Positions 1 to 12,846 of a stretch of 49,314 nt of DNA are shown one piece after another (position 1 is the stretch's first letter; each line of letters starts with the position of its first letter). The stretch comes from Bigelowiella natans CCMP2755 (Eukaryota; Protista; Cercozoa): NCBI GenBank assembly GCA_000320545.1, contig ADNK01003262.1:1-49314 (forward strand). Direction: 5' to 3'. The notes under the pieces were generated by a model, which worked only from the letters and a program-made list of their open reading frames with translations, was not told where the DNA came from and did no database searches. The position numbers and the translations under genes are program-made.

Positions 1-146
1 CACACACACGCACACACACAGACACACCCCAGACTCGGATATGGTCACTCCCCGCATGCATCCACCTAAGATCGAGCTCACACGTGTTCACGTCTCCTAT
101 AAGACGCTCAGAATTCAACACAGACACGGATTCTCTCCACACAGAT

Positions 147-184
<38 letters not shown>

Positions 185-214
185 GCACACACACACACAC
201 ACACACACATACGC

Positions 215-251
<37 letters not shown>

Positions 252-254
252 GTA

Positions 255-285
<31 letters not shown>

Positions 286-296
286 CAATATGTACG

Positions 297-328
<32 letters not shown>

Positions 329-432
329 ATGTACATATTTATATATTTTTGAAAACAAACATACGTCTGCGCTTGTGTGTGTATGTGTATGTGTATGTGT
401 GTGTGTGTGTATGTATATGTGTGTGTGTGTGT
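1..432. repeat. Compound (CA)n/(TA)n/(TG)n microsatellite block, probably intronic in the spatacsin gene
   Basis: Dinucleotide runs are directly visible. Similar (CA)n, (TA)n, (GA)n, (TAC)n and (GAT)n runs fill most introns in the window and generate many spurious ORFs. Confidence 0.95.
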
Positions 433-799
433 TTAATCTGAATCTTTAAATAAGCTCATGCCTTTCTTCTTGGTGCTTCTTTTGCGAAAAAGCGCATACC
501 TTCCATCCACAAAAGCTCTAAGAACTCTGAGTTGAACCATCGCCAGTCCGGTCATATACTTCTTCCCGTCATCGTCATCATCATCACCATCATTATCATT
601 ATCATCGTCGTCATCATCGTCATCATCATAGTTGCTATCAATACGGAACATCGATGATGATGGCTTTGTGCGTGTTGTTAGTAGTAACGACAACGGAAGC
701 CCGTTCTTTCCCACTACCCCAGCACCCCCCCCCCTTTGGCTGCCCCTTGGTACTACTGGTGCTGGTAGGTGGACCAAGGTACCTTGAATACATAAGCAA

Positions 800-839
<40 letters not shown>

Positions 840-1300
840 CCGTACAAATATTAGCCATGTTATAATGGAAAAAATAATCGTAACCATAATGTTCATGTTT
901 TTTTTTGAGAAGAATCAATCCTCAATAAATAGAAGTCATCATAATATTCTCTCCTTCCCCCCCCCCCCCTCATTTATCTTAGAACCCAATGCAGCGAGGG
1001 TGTGGCCCTTGGAAAACAGATGGTGAATTGTCACAGGGTGCTTTGCTTTACTGAGCATACGTGCCTAACCAACAGGAAGAAGAGAAGGGGAAAGTAGAGA
1101 GAGAGGAAGATTGAGAAGAGTAATAGTACCAACAAGTTTCATTGATAGTCCAAAATATTTATGTTATGATGATACTCTTATAATTACGAGAAATGATTAC
1201 AAGAACCCATAATTGAATTCGAAGACAGTTTTTATCCGATTGTCTCCCCTTCCCTCTTTCTCCTCCCCCCCCCCACTCTCTCACTCTCTCTAACACACGC

Positions 1301-1340
<40 letters not shown>

Positions 1341-1550
1341 TTCACACACACACACACACAAGCGCGCGCGCGCGCGAGTATGTAATTGATATACCTGTAG
1401 CAGAGATGCAGCGCATAACTGTCGATTTCGTACCAAAGCTTCAAGCTGAACCTCAATTTGAATTGCCTGCTTTAACCGAATGAAGTTGAGAGGGAAGAGA
1501 GAAAGAGGAGGAGGGGGGAGGAGGAGGAGGAGGGGTGGGGAGCAAAATAC

Positions 1551-1591
<41 letters not shown>

Positions 1592-3589
1592 TACAGGCAC
1601 ATACGTATTCTATATACATTTTTGGTTCAATTTTTTGTGGTGTACTACAATATGTATAAGTGCATGATTGTAATGACTGGAAGAGAGTTGGAAGGTGATG
1701 TCTTCTTGTCGCTGCTGCTTATGCCCCTGCTGCCGCTCACATTATTACTGCCGCTGCTACCTGAGAATCGATGATGATGGTTTCCTCGTTTAATTTATAT
1801 TTTTGGTGCTTCTATACTCTCTCACCTCTCCCATCATCCTTCTCCACACCCCACTTCCCCCTTCTCCTACTACTGATACATGCTACATCGTAATACCCCA
1901 ACTCAATGATCGCTCTCTTCCTGATATGATACTGTTAATACGTAATAAATAATTTCGAAATTTCCACCCTCCTAAACCTCCCCAAGGCTATTTCTGTCTC
2001 TCTATGCTGTCAAGGCTGCTGCTTTTTAAATATGCTCAGCTGTTGATGACATTTATTGCAGTAATATTTGTATGATAACTACCACCACTAATAAGTCCAC
2101 TGATGCTGCTCTCTATAGATGTATTTGTCGGCATAAACGGAGAGAAGTCTTTGATCTGGTTTGTGAAAATAAACAGAGACAGAGATTAGGGGGTGGGGGG
2201 GGAGGGAAGATTGAGCCATGGCGCAAAAAATATAAATTGAGATATAAACCCTCCTTCCTGACCCACCCTACTCCTTCTAGGTTTTCGTATACCTGATAAT
2301 GATGGCAATATGCTTGGATAAAATTACCGCATTTTACCCTTTGATTCGTGGCACAAAGAATAACGAGGTGGGATTAGGAATGAGAAGAGATATGGAGGTG
2401 GAGTTTCAGGGGGGGGATTTCGTGAGAGAGAGAAGAGGTAAAAAGTCTGCTTTTCATTCATTTTATTCTTCTGATATTGACTTTCCACATCATTGATTTG
2501 ATTTGAAAAGGAGCGTGCAGCACTTGAAATGTGATCAATTTCATTTCATTTCATTTTGGATAAAATCCCACAATCTCTCTAACCCCCAATTCTTATCTTA
2601 CCGTTGCATTCATAGATATAACACTACTATTACTACTACTGTTGCTGCTGCTGCTATTACTACTACTACTACTACTACTACTACTACCACTACTACTACT
2701 ACCACTACTACTACCTCGTAAGCACAAACATGTGAAATAGTGAAAGCCGTCCCATGGGAAGCAGTCGTTCCAAATTCACGCAATTTAGAGGCCTGCACCC
2801 ATAGTCCTCCTCTTTATCATGACCATTATTATCTTGATGATTGCCATTACCAACCTTACTACTGCTACGATGATGAGTATTTGCAGCTGCTGCTGTTGCT
2901 CTGTTAAGATATACATCTCCCTCCTCCCTGTTACCTCTCATCATCATTCTGAACGATGACGACGACGACCCAGATGATGATGATACTGACTTATGGAACA
3001 ATCGCCCTACCTTCGCAAGTCGCTTGAGCAACAACATGAAGTTCGGTATGGGGGGTAGAGCAGTTGCTGATGATGCCGATGTCGCCATTGTCTTTCGTTC
3101 ATTACTCTCACCCCTTCGCTGTTGATGATGATGAGGTTTGTTTTTCATCATCTGCTTCTTTCCGTTCGGCAGCTTCTGGTGCTGTCGCAGGGGTAATTCA
3201 CAGGGAAGGAACACCCCACGGGAGGCTAGTGCGTTGGTAAGCAGCTGACAAATCATACGTCATCATCATCATCATCATCACCACCACCACCATCACCATC
3301 AAAAGTATAAGAGTGAGGCCAATGAATCATTGCCGATCAACAACAACGTATTGTATGTTCTGTCATTAAAATCATCATCACGATCAAGGTCATGATCATC
3401 ATCATCATTTATCCTCCGTCCCTCCCTATGTTCGCTGTACTACCTCTCGTAATGGTGGCGTCGCCATTTCAAGGCGCATCTGCACGATCTTCGGGGCAGC
3501 TAGTAGTAACTGTTTGTGATTTATACGGTTATGATTTATGTTTCTTCCACCGTCGGTAGCACTGCTGATGCCTACCCTGTTGTTGTTGT

Positions 3590-3621
<32 letters not shown>

Positions 3622-3884
3622 CTTCGAATAATCTTGTGATAGATAAGCTGGAGTCGACCATACTCATCATCTTCTACAAGCCCAACATCATCTTTACTAT
3701 CACCAGCTGCTGCAGCAGCAGCATGCTCTACCCATGCCAACACCTTCTTCCAGTTATTTCTCGACAGGAAATACTCCAGCTCAGCCTCTGCCACACCGAT
3801 GGTAAAGAGACGCGAGGCGGAGGAGGAGAGAGGGGGATGATAATGATGGTCCTTTTTCTCATCGACATCCACATCTACATGCGT

Positions 3885-3917
<33 letters not shown>

Positions 3918-4574
3918 GTCATAATCACTGTAGTTTTCCTCCTCTTCCTCCCAGTCAGGAGAGGAGAAAATACCGATACGAAAGGCGAGTTGGCGGAGGC
4001 TCGATAACGTGGAAGGATGGTTAACGTTCTTTGATGATGATGACGACGACGACGAGGAGGAGGCCACATCGTCCTCCTTCGTCTTCTCCTCTTCATCGTG
4101 GTGGCTAGGGCGGTTGTGTATACCGTCCATCAGCACTCTATAACGCGTCTTAGCATTCCATTGCTTTATCCAGGCCAAGCTGACGTGTAGGTAGCCAGCA
4201 CCATGCACCTTGCCGTAGCTGAGAGGGGGGCGGGAGCGTGTTGGCAGATGCTGGCAGACCCAACAGCTGTCACTCCCTCTGTGGATAATAATGTGGTATT
4301 ATTATTATTATTGTTATAATTATCATTTAGGGTAGTTATGAAAGGCCTCAATATAGTTGTAGTAGTAGTAGCAGCAGCAAGGGCAATGGCGTTATTTGCA
4401 CAGAGAACACAATATAATCATCGTTGCTTTAGTTAGCGTCCATTTCTTCTTCTTCTTCTTCTTCGATATCTTCATATGTGATCATACATCTTGTTTTCAA
4501 CATGATAGAATGGGCCGTATTTAAGAAGGAACACAGGCTTATATTCTATTGAAACGGATGATACAATAATATGT

Positions 4575-4617
<43 letters not shown>

Positions 4618-5358
4618 TACTACTGATATGTTTCACCTGTCGAATCCGGGAACCCGACCTTCGTACTTATCAGAACTTTTCATCGCCTCTGCTCCCTCAC
4701 CATTAGCGTCATCCCCCTTTCCTGCCGCTGTCGCAGCAATGGCAGCGAGAGATGACGAGGAGGAGGAGGAGGAGGAGGAGGAGGGGGAGGCCTTAGAGTT
4801 ACTGTTGTTGTTATAGCTAGCAATGAGGCTAGATTGCATCGACGCACGAGGATTGAATGCGCCAGCTGGTGGGATGTCTTCCCTGGTGAATGAGAGCAGA
4901 AAAACCGGATTCGTCTGCAGGTCGTCCACATCTCCTGTGCGCCATCGCTTGAGGTTTGCCGTGATGGCTGCATTATGCCTCCTTACCTTCTCGGCAACAT
5001 TATGCATGCCGGTGCGGACAAACTTCTCTCGTCGAGCGCCGTGTAGCAAAAATGTGCTATTTGTAAAATAGTCGAACGAGTCTGCATAGTACCCATAACC
5101 ATACCCACTGCTGCCTTCGCTCCCGCTCAAAGATGCGACCCCGCCTCCTCTTCCTCCTCCTCCTCCTCCTCCTCCTCCTCCTCCACTTCTGCCAAAGAAC
5201 GAACCAGCCCATGAGGATGATGATGATGATGATGGGGAGGCGGATGGAGCAGGTACAGCATTCTTTCGGTCACCTCCAACACCACCCTCTACTGCGTGTT
5301 TACTGTTTGTCTGATGATGGGATAGAGGTGATGATGCTGATGGGGATGCTGATGGGGA

Positions 5359-5390
<32 letters not shown>

Positions 5391-7595
5391 AAATATCTAT
5401 ACCCTCTCCTGCTGCTGCAGCAGCTGCTGTTACGGATGATGATGACGATGATGATGACACTGCTACCATTAAATTATTTGCTGCTGCTGCTGCTTCTTCT
5501 TTTTCTATGCTCACAGTAGTAGCAGTAGCAGCAGCAGCAGCAACAGTAGGTACTTGATCACTTTTGGTACTGGTGCTTACTATATGCTCTCCCTTCTTCT
5601 TCTTCTTCTTCTTCTTCCCTGTTGAACCAGTTGAGCTCCCACCATCCACAGCAGAGTCAAGACCACCTGTTGCTGCATTCTGTGAGGAGGAGGAGGAGGA
5701 GGAGGAGGAGGAAGGAGAAGACTCTGCCGCAGAAGAAGACCTACCTGCTTTCGATGTAATAACTCCTGCTGGTGCTGCTGGTGGTGGTGCTGCTGCACCG
5801 CTGCTCTTTCTAGCTTCCTGATGCTGCTGGTGCTGAGAAAGAAGTAGAATCTCCTCGTCCTCGTCCGAGAGGAGTACATCGTTGTCGTCATCACTCATCA
5901 TGTAGTCGTCGTCATCGTCATCAACGCTATTCCTGAAACCATATTTTTGGTCGTCGCTTGAGTATGAGGCGTGAGGAATCTTTGTTCTTATTGAATTACG
6001 GTTATTATTCACTATGGTGCTTCCGTGAGGAAGAAGGGGAGAACCCATAATACAAGGATATTCACCATCTTCGTCATCATGATGATACTTCTGCGATGAG
6101 TAATACTGATCGTAGTAGTGATAATAATTGGCTTTAGACGAAGAGGAGGAGAAGAAAGAGGTGCCGCTTCGTATGTCTCCTCCTCTTGTCCTCCTCCTCC
6201 TCCTGCTCCTCATTTTAGAATCACCATCATCATCATCATCATCTTCCCATGTCCAGTTGGTATGCATCTTTGCAAGATTGCGGACACATTCCTCCCCAAG
6301 CACAGACAGGGTTGGAGCAAAGAAAGAAGAAGAGGACGAAGAAATGCCTCCTAATCCTCTCCCTCCTTTATTTCCTCCTTGAGCTGCTTCCACTTTCTCT
6401 TTCTGGGGGGTGCGGCCACTGACACCGTCGAAGACATTTCTAAGGTAGACTGAGAACATGCGGTTGTAAGCGGAAACATAGCATGGGTTCGGATATGTCT
6501 GATCCAAGACGATGAGGTACTTTTCCAGGTGTGAGGAGGAGGAGGAAGATGATGATGATAAGAAGGAGGAAGAACTCACAGGGTGTCGTCGTCTTCTCAG
6601 CCCTTGCTTGGTCTTCCTCCTCTTCCTATTACTAGCATTAGTGCTGATACTGCATGCTGTTGGCGGTAGAGATGGTGAACCTGACCAGGAGTCCTCAGAA
6701 GTAGCTTGCTGCAGCTGTAGTATCCTCTGGTGTTTTTGTTTGCTTTCCTCTCGCCACATGCCAAGGTACGAGTGCGAAAGATGTCTTAACAGCTTTTCGC
6801 GCAATGGCCGACGACATGTGGTAAAAGCAATGTGGTGGAGGAATGCCATCTCGTTCTCTCCGAAGATACGTAGCAGGCGGCAGCACATGGCAAGGAAGTC
6901 CATTTGATCATTACATAATATGTGGTAAATCAGCTGTCCGGCATGCTGGATAAGATATTGCAGTGGTGACATCTCTAGAAGGTACCAACCAATATGTCCT
7001 GCCGGAAGCTGCAGCGCAGAGAGTCGAGTGTACCGAATCAATGCAAGAGATTGATCGAATGTTGAATAAGAAGACGTAGGAATTGTAACAGTACCACTTG
7101 GTGATGATGCAAATGATGATGTTGCTCCAGCCTTGTTCTTTTCAAGGCGACCGGTTACCTCCCCGCCATTCCTCCTCCTCCGTGAGGATGATGGTTCGAT
7201 GGGAGGGGCACCACGACTGCCCGAGCTAACCCTACTACTGCCGCCTCTATTGCGGGAAGAAGAGGAAGAGGAGGGGAGCGAGGGTATCGTCAGCTGCTTA
7301 TATTGCGAGTAACTCGTGCCGAAGCCAAGACGGTGTAGATGAGCAATGGCAGCACTGAGACGTCCTGTGAGCAGAGAGTCTTTGATTACAGCATCTACTT
7401 CCATCTTAAAGGTGTACCAGTTTATGACACTTGGTGCAATCTTGAAGGATGATGACGATGATGAAGATGAAGAAGAAGACAACGACGACGTGGTAGAGCC
7501 CATCATACCAACAGAGGATCCGGTGTTAGAGACGTTATTGTTCTTCCTGCTGGTCTCACCACCACCACCACCACCACCATCACCATGTTTTCCCG

Positions 7596-7631
<36 letters not shown>

Positions 7632-8957
7632 CGCCTGCGATCACTGCGCTTATGGAGCTGCTGCCGCTGCTGGGAGAACGTCGTCCCCTTGTGATACCCC
7701 CAAGACTCGCCAGTGACCTGAGAATATTGCGTCGAGTAGGAGTTCCTCCTCTTCTTGTAGTGTTGCTAGTGTTGCTGCTGGTGGGGGTTCTACCACCATT
7801 CTGGCCATGGGAAAGTGATGACAGCATAACTCCTCGCTTATGACGATGAGAAGAAGAAGAAGAAGAGGAAGAAGAGGGAAAGGCTTCCTTTGCACTTGCT
7901 TCTCTAGAAAGGGAGGAGGAAGAAGACGACATTCGCTCTCTGACAATTTTCTCCTCCTCCTCTCTGTTGTTATATGTCATAATCGTTCCTGTCGCAGTAG
8001 CAGCGGTACTACCACTACTACTACGTTGGGAACTTGAGAAATTGAGAATCTCCGCTTGTAGAGGACGTAGTCGATCGAGTCTCCCGGAAAGGTGTACGAT
8101 AAGATCCACTAATGGTGGTCCATTGGCATTGTTGGATCCATCACCCTCGCTACTAGCCGCAGCAGCAGCAGCAGCATAATCATCCGCTGTGTTACTACTA
8201 TTACTACTATTACTACTATTACTCTCGAGATTTTCAGAACCATCAGCCCGTAAACGTCGGAAGAAGGCCTCGGTGATGAGCTGTGAGAGAGCAAGTCCGC
8301 TACTGCCGGTACTCTTGCGTTTGTCGTCTTCTTGAAGTAGTTCTTGAGAATGACGACGAATGAGATAGGAAGAGTATCCCACTCCAATTGCAAGTAGGTA
8401 GTTGAGGTACCGGTCAGAAAACAAAGCACGCTCAGATACTGCGACTGAGATGTGGCTCATGAGGAGGTTGCAGCCTTTCAACTCCTGCCACGGATGCTTG
8501 TGATCCGGTTTTTGCAGTTCAACGAGGGAGCTCTGGACTGATCGAAGATCTCGGAGACTAAGCGCCTTTCGCAGACCGCTCATTCTTGCTTTATGCAGAT
8601 CCCAGTGGTTCAGTGAGCATAATTGTTCGACAGAAAGCTCTATCCTCTCCACCCTTCCTTGCAGCACTTCCTCATCCTCTTCCAGAATAACACCATCGTC
8701 GTCGTCATCATCGTCACCACCACCAAACCCACCGCCACACCTGTCTGCGGAAGGATTTATCATCGTGATATTCTTGACACCCACAACACCTGGTTTTGTT
8801 GTCGTAGCACCAGCAGGAGCAGAATATTTTGTTGCTGCCGCCATCCTTGTTGTCTTCGTCGGTGGCCGTAACAAAGCCGCAGTATTGGTCACAATTTCGC
8901 TATTATTCAACTGCACCGAGATCCCCCTCGCATCAAGGAGCATGTTGTCACCATTGC

Positions 8958-8992
<35 letters not shown>

Positions 8993-9489
8993 TCAAGATG
9001 GTGGTTGTTGTTGCTGCTGCTGAGATTAGAGTAGGTTTGAAGATTCTCAACGATGCGCTCCGCCGCTTGTCGAGCTACTAAAGCGTAAAGGCCATCCTCC
9101 GCCACGACATGCGGTGCAGCCGGTCCCCCCCTCTCCTGCACCGATGTCGGCAGGGGTAGGAATCTCTGCTTACGGAACAAATGAGTGGTGACGTCAGAAT
9201 GACCAGTGTTATCGTTCAATGCTTGACGCCGCCTCCTCGACGGTGTGACCATGACGAGAGCTCCGTACGCGCAAAATTCCTTGTGCAGCACTGCTGAGGA
9301 AATGTTGATTTTGTTCTCATTGCTCCTACTACTTCTCCTGCTCCTCTTCCTCATCGACAGCTGTTCTGCTACTACTGCTGCTGCTGCTGCTGCTGGATGA
9401 TAAGAAAGACACGCGTCTAGATGAGCGAACCACAATTGAACGGTGTAGGATAGACAACTCTGTACTCTTTTTTCGGCTGACGATGATGT

Positions 9490-9521
<32 letters not shown>

Positions 9522-12500
9522 TACATGTCGCCATTGCCGCCTGTGGTGTAGGGATTTGTACGGCCCAGATAGCACCTCTACCGCCACCAGCATCTAGCTC
9601 CAGAGTATCCAGCACGTAAGGCGCGTCCCCCCCCCCCTGCATCATTAACGCGTGAGGAGGTGCTCTCCAACGTTTCCTGTGTGCTAGGAGATGGTTGGGC
9701 TGACTAATCCGTGCCTCTGTCGCAAGATCGACTTGGAATGCGTCCTGCATCAACTCTTCCTCCTCTTCGGATATTAGCCCACCATCATCATCATCACCAC
9801 CATCATTATCATTATCATCTTCATCGTCGTCGATATGATAAATGCTGTCTTGATCGCTACTTTCCCCCCTTCTGTGAAAAATGAAGTCGATATTCTCATG
9901 ATGATTTTTTTCTTCCTCCCCCTCCTCCTCTTCTATTTTCGGTATGCCTGAAAGGCCGAGGCCGGAGCAGCCCAGGTCAAGAATAGCCATCTTAAAAACA
10001 CATGAAAGAGATGGCAAAATTCAATATATGATACAATAATACAAACATCAAGAAGAGAGAGAGAGAGAGTGAGAGAGAGAAGAGAGGGCATTGAAGGTCC
10101 TCACTTCCTCCCATCCCGCTATTATTAAGTGAGAATAAACGCAAATGAACCAAGAGAATATTAACCAGCGCTAAAACATTTAATTCCAGTATCATCATTA
10201 ATTAATTTATAATCACACACTATGTGATCATCGTATTTATTACCCAGCCATTCTCGGGAGCTGCAACCACAACCTTTTCGTCATCGGGAGATAAGCAAAT
10301 CCTCAGAGCCGGAAATAACCTCTTATATGTTGCCGGCGACAGCCGTGGTCTTGAGTCAGGACCGGCACCGGTAGGCATCATCGAGACTACTTTGAGGTCT
10401 AGCAGAGGGGGGCATGATGAGGTCATAGCTGTCCTCCCTGTGCTGGTGTACATGCCAGCAAAATTTGGTTTGGGCCGTGCACGCTCCATTGCCCCTGGTA
10501 CTACATGATTTCCGTTTCCACCCACCAATGTGTGGGGTAGGGGACCGTGGCTCAGACTTCTTTGGAGCCTGCTCATTATATGAAGGATATTGAAATGAGG
10601 CGTTAGATGTCTATTGTAGGATTTTAATATGTTTCGTGAGGAGAGCACGTCGGAGTTAAATAGTAGTAGAAAAACTAGCAACAGCAGTAGTATCCGTTTT
10701 AGTAGTAGGAGTAGGAATGAGGAGGACTTCTACACTACAAAATTGATTTGACTGTTTACCTTCTGACGGAGTGGGCAATATGGGACTGACAACATATCAT
10801 CAAACGACAATGTTACAATAATGATACGAACCGCTGCTGCAATGGGCTACATTATTTCGATTTTTGAAGTAAAAATGAGTCGTATTATTACAACCCCCCT
10901 TTGTGCGTATGTGCATAAGTTGTATGGGCCATTCCTTCCCTTCCTCATCCAGGATCATAAGAGTGATATGTCATCATCATCATCATCATTATCATTTAGC
11001 TGGCTGACCGCTGGGATGAATCTATGCAACAAGCCCCCTTTCCAAGACCAAATACAGACACCTCCAGTGACGGTAACCCCAGCTATTAATGCCTGCAACA
11101 ATCAAAGCAACAACGGCAGCATTATTTGATATAGGAGGCTTCATCTTACAATCACACACACACACACACACACACGCACAAACATATATGCACCATCATA
11201 ACTAGGGAGGGGTACCTAACAGTGCGAAAATAGGCTTGGGTAGGGAGAGGTGTGAGGAAGAGAAAGAGAAGGAGAAAATAGACTACAAGACTGCAGAGGG
11301 GCGAGGACGAATATTTATCACACCTTTGAGAGGGAAATATCCACCAAGTCATTGTAGTCGTCAGCTATGGTCTTCTCTCCAAGAAGTATTCGTTGCTGCT
11401 CCGAAATTGGCATCGGTCTCATTGACCCCACTCCCTCCTCAGGCTTAATAGAAGAAGTAGAAGGAGAGGAAGAAGAAGCAATTCCATTGTCTCCACCGGT
11501 ATCCTTCTTATCAATAGGTGCGTGGCTTGTAGGTATCGAGGAAGAGCACTGTTGCCGTCGCCTCCATATACGAGGTAAAATACTGCTGGCGCTGCTTCTA
11601 CCACTCCCCCATAATATGCTTGCATGCTTTACAATGACGGATGCTGAGGGAGATTTCTCCACCCCAATATTTTTGTTCCTCTGGAAATAATAATTGTCGT
11701 GATCATACTCCTCCTCCTCGTCATCACCGGTGACTCTAATTCCCCATTGTAACTTAGCAACTGAAACGGGGTCATTGGTGACAAGGCCTATGCAACTGCT
11801 CTCGTTGTGGATCTGAGTGATCTCCCAGCCCTTCCGCTCAACATCAGCCAGCCTTGTGCTTGTGGGTAATAACAGTCTTTTGATTGTTCCACAGTCCAGC
11901 ACACAAGTTCGTATTCTTACAGTGTAAGAAGAAGAGGACACCAATGGTGCCACGCCATGATACTCAGACTCAATATCTTTGGAAGAATTTGGTGACTGGT
12001 TTACCAGTGATACTCCTGCTGCTATCGATGGTGATGATGGTGGTGGTGGTGACGATTCTAGCAAGGGTGATTGAGAGGGAGTGGTATCGGCGACGGAGGG
12101 AACCACTGTGAAATAGCTGCACGATATCTTCTGGTCATTATGCCGTATGCAAAGAGCTGCGAAAGGAATATTTAAGACTTCAGATATGTATTCAATCCAT
12201 TTTGAGTAGGTTCAGCTCCTTAAAAACATAGTAGATTCTAATACAACCTTGATGAGTTTGTGCGAGCGCCGTCGCGGAAGGCGGTGTTTCATACCATTCG
12301 TATCTGAGAAGAGCAAGGGAAAATGCCATTAGTCAGTATAGAGGCATATTTAGCGATTACATGCAAAAAACATACGTCGCAACGTTTTCACGTTCCCACT
12401 CCAAGTAACTTTGCAGAATCACACTGTAGAGGCGTAACTTTCCCTCAGCAGACCTACAAGATACGATGGAATTTCAATTAAATCATGAATGCGTCTCTGT

Positions 12501-12701
12501 CGCTGAGGATCATTTGATCACATACATCAATGCCATGAAATCGCCATTGAGAGATATCTTGGCGGTTTCCACTCCTTCAAGCGATAGGCGGAGCGCCTTA
12601 AGGCGCACAACCACAGTCGTAGCATCTGAATTAGCTCCGGCATTCACTGGAGCAGAAAGAGGCTTCACCTCCTGTGTTTTTTTCCGTGAAACAACAGTCA
12701 T
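433..12701 (-). CDS. SPG11: Spatacsin (SPG11, AP-5 associated), multi-exon, N-terminal part; gene continues beyond the left edge
   Basis: Spatacsin-like blocks occur in the expected order: [40 protein letters not shown]...[29 protein letters not shown] (ORF 4633-10017), [24 protein letters not shown] and [19 protein letters not shown] (3426-4208), [16 protein letters not shown] and [15 protein letters not shown] (2711-3256). ATG at 12701 with a GT donor at 12525 and short upstream exons. One ~5.35-kb exon (~4637-9990). The C-terminal spatacsin domain is not in the window. Identified from remembered family motifs, not a database search. Confidence 0.8.
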
Positions 12702-12846
12702 ACAAAAGACGTTCGTCAGGCAGAGAATCCTTGGTCATTCCTCTCTTATATTCGAAAAATCGCTCGCTAAAAACGAATTTGTAAAGATTCAAGCGGGCAA
12801 GAGGGAGAAGGGGTCGAAGTAGACCTTATTATCCGTGTCCGAGGGC
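12702..12846. promoter_or_regulatory. Putative compact bidirectional promoter between SPG11 and the PA-RING gene
   Basis: About 145 bp between divergent putative start codons (12701 minus, 12847 plus) and free of microsatellites. Inferred from gene geometry only. Confidence 0.4.

Noticed and set aside
41-2800. Numerous short ORFs of HTHT/YIYI/CVCV/ERER type here and throughout the window
   Set aside because: They are translations of dinucleotide and trinucleotide microsatellites in introns, or antisense shadows of real exons.
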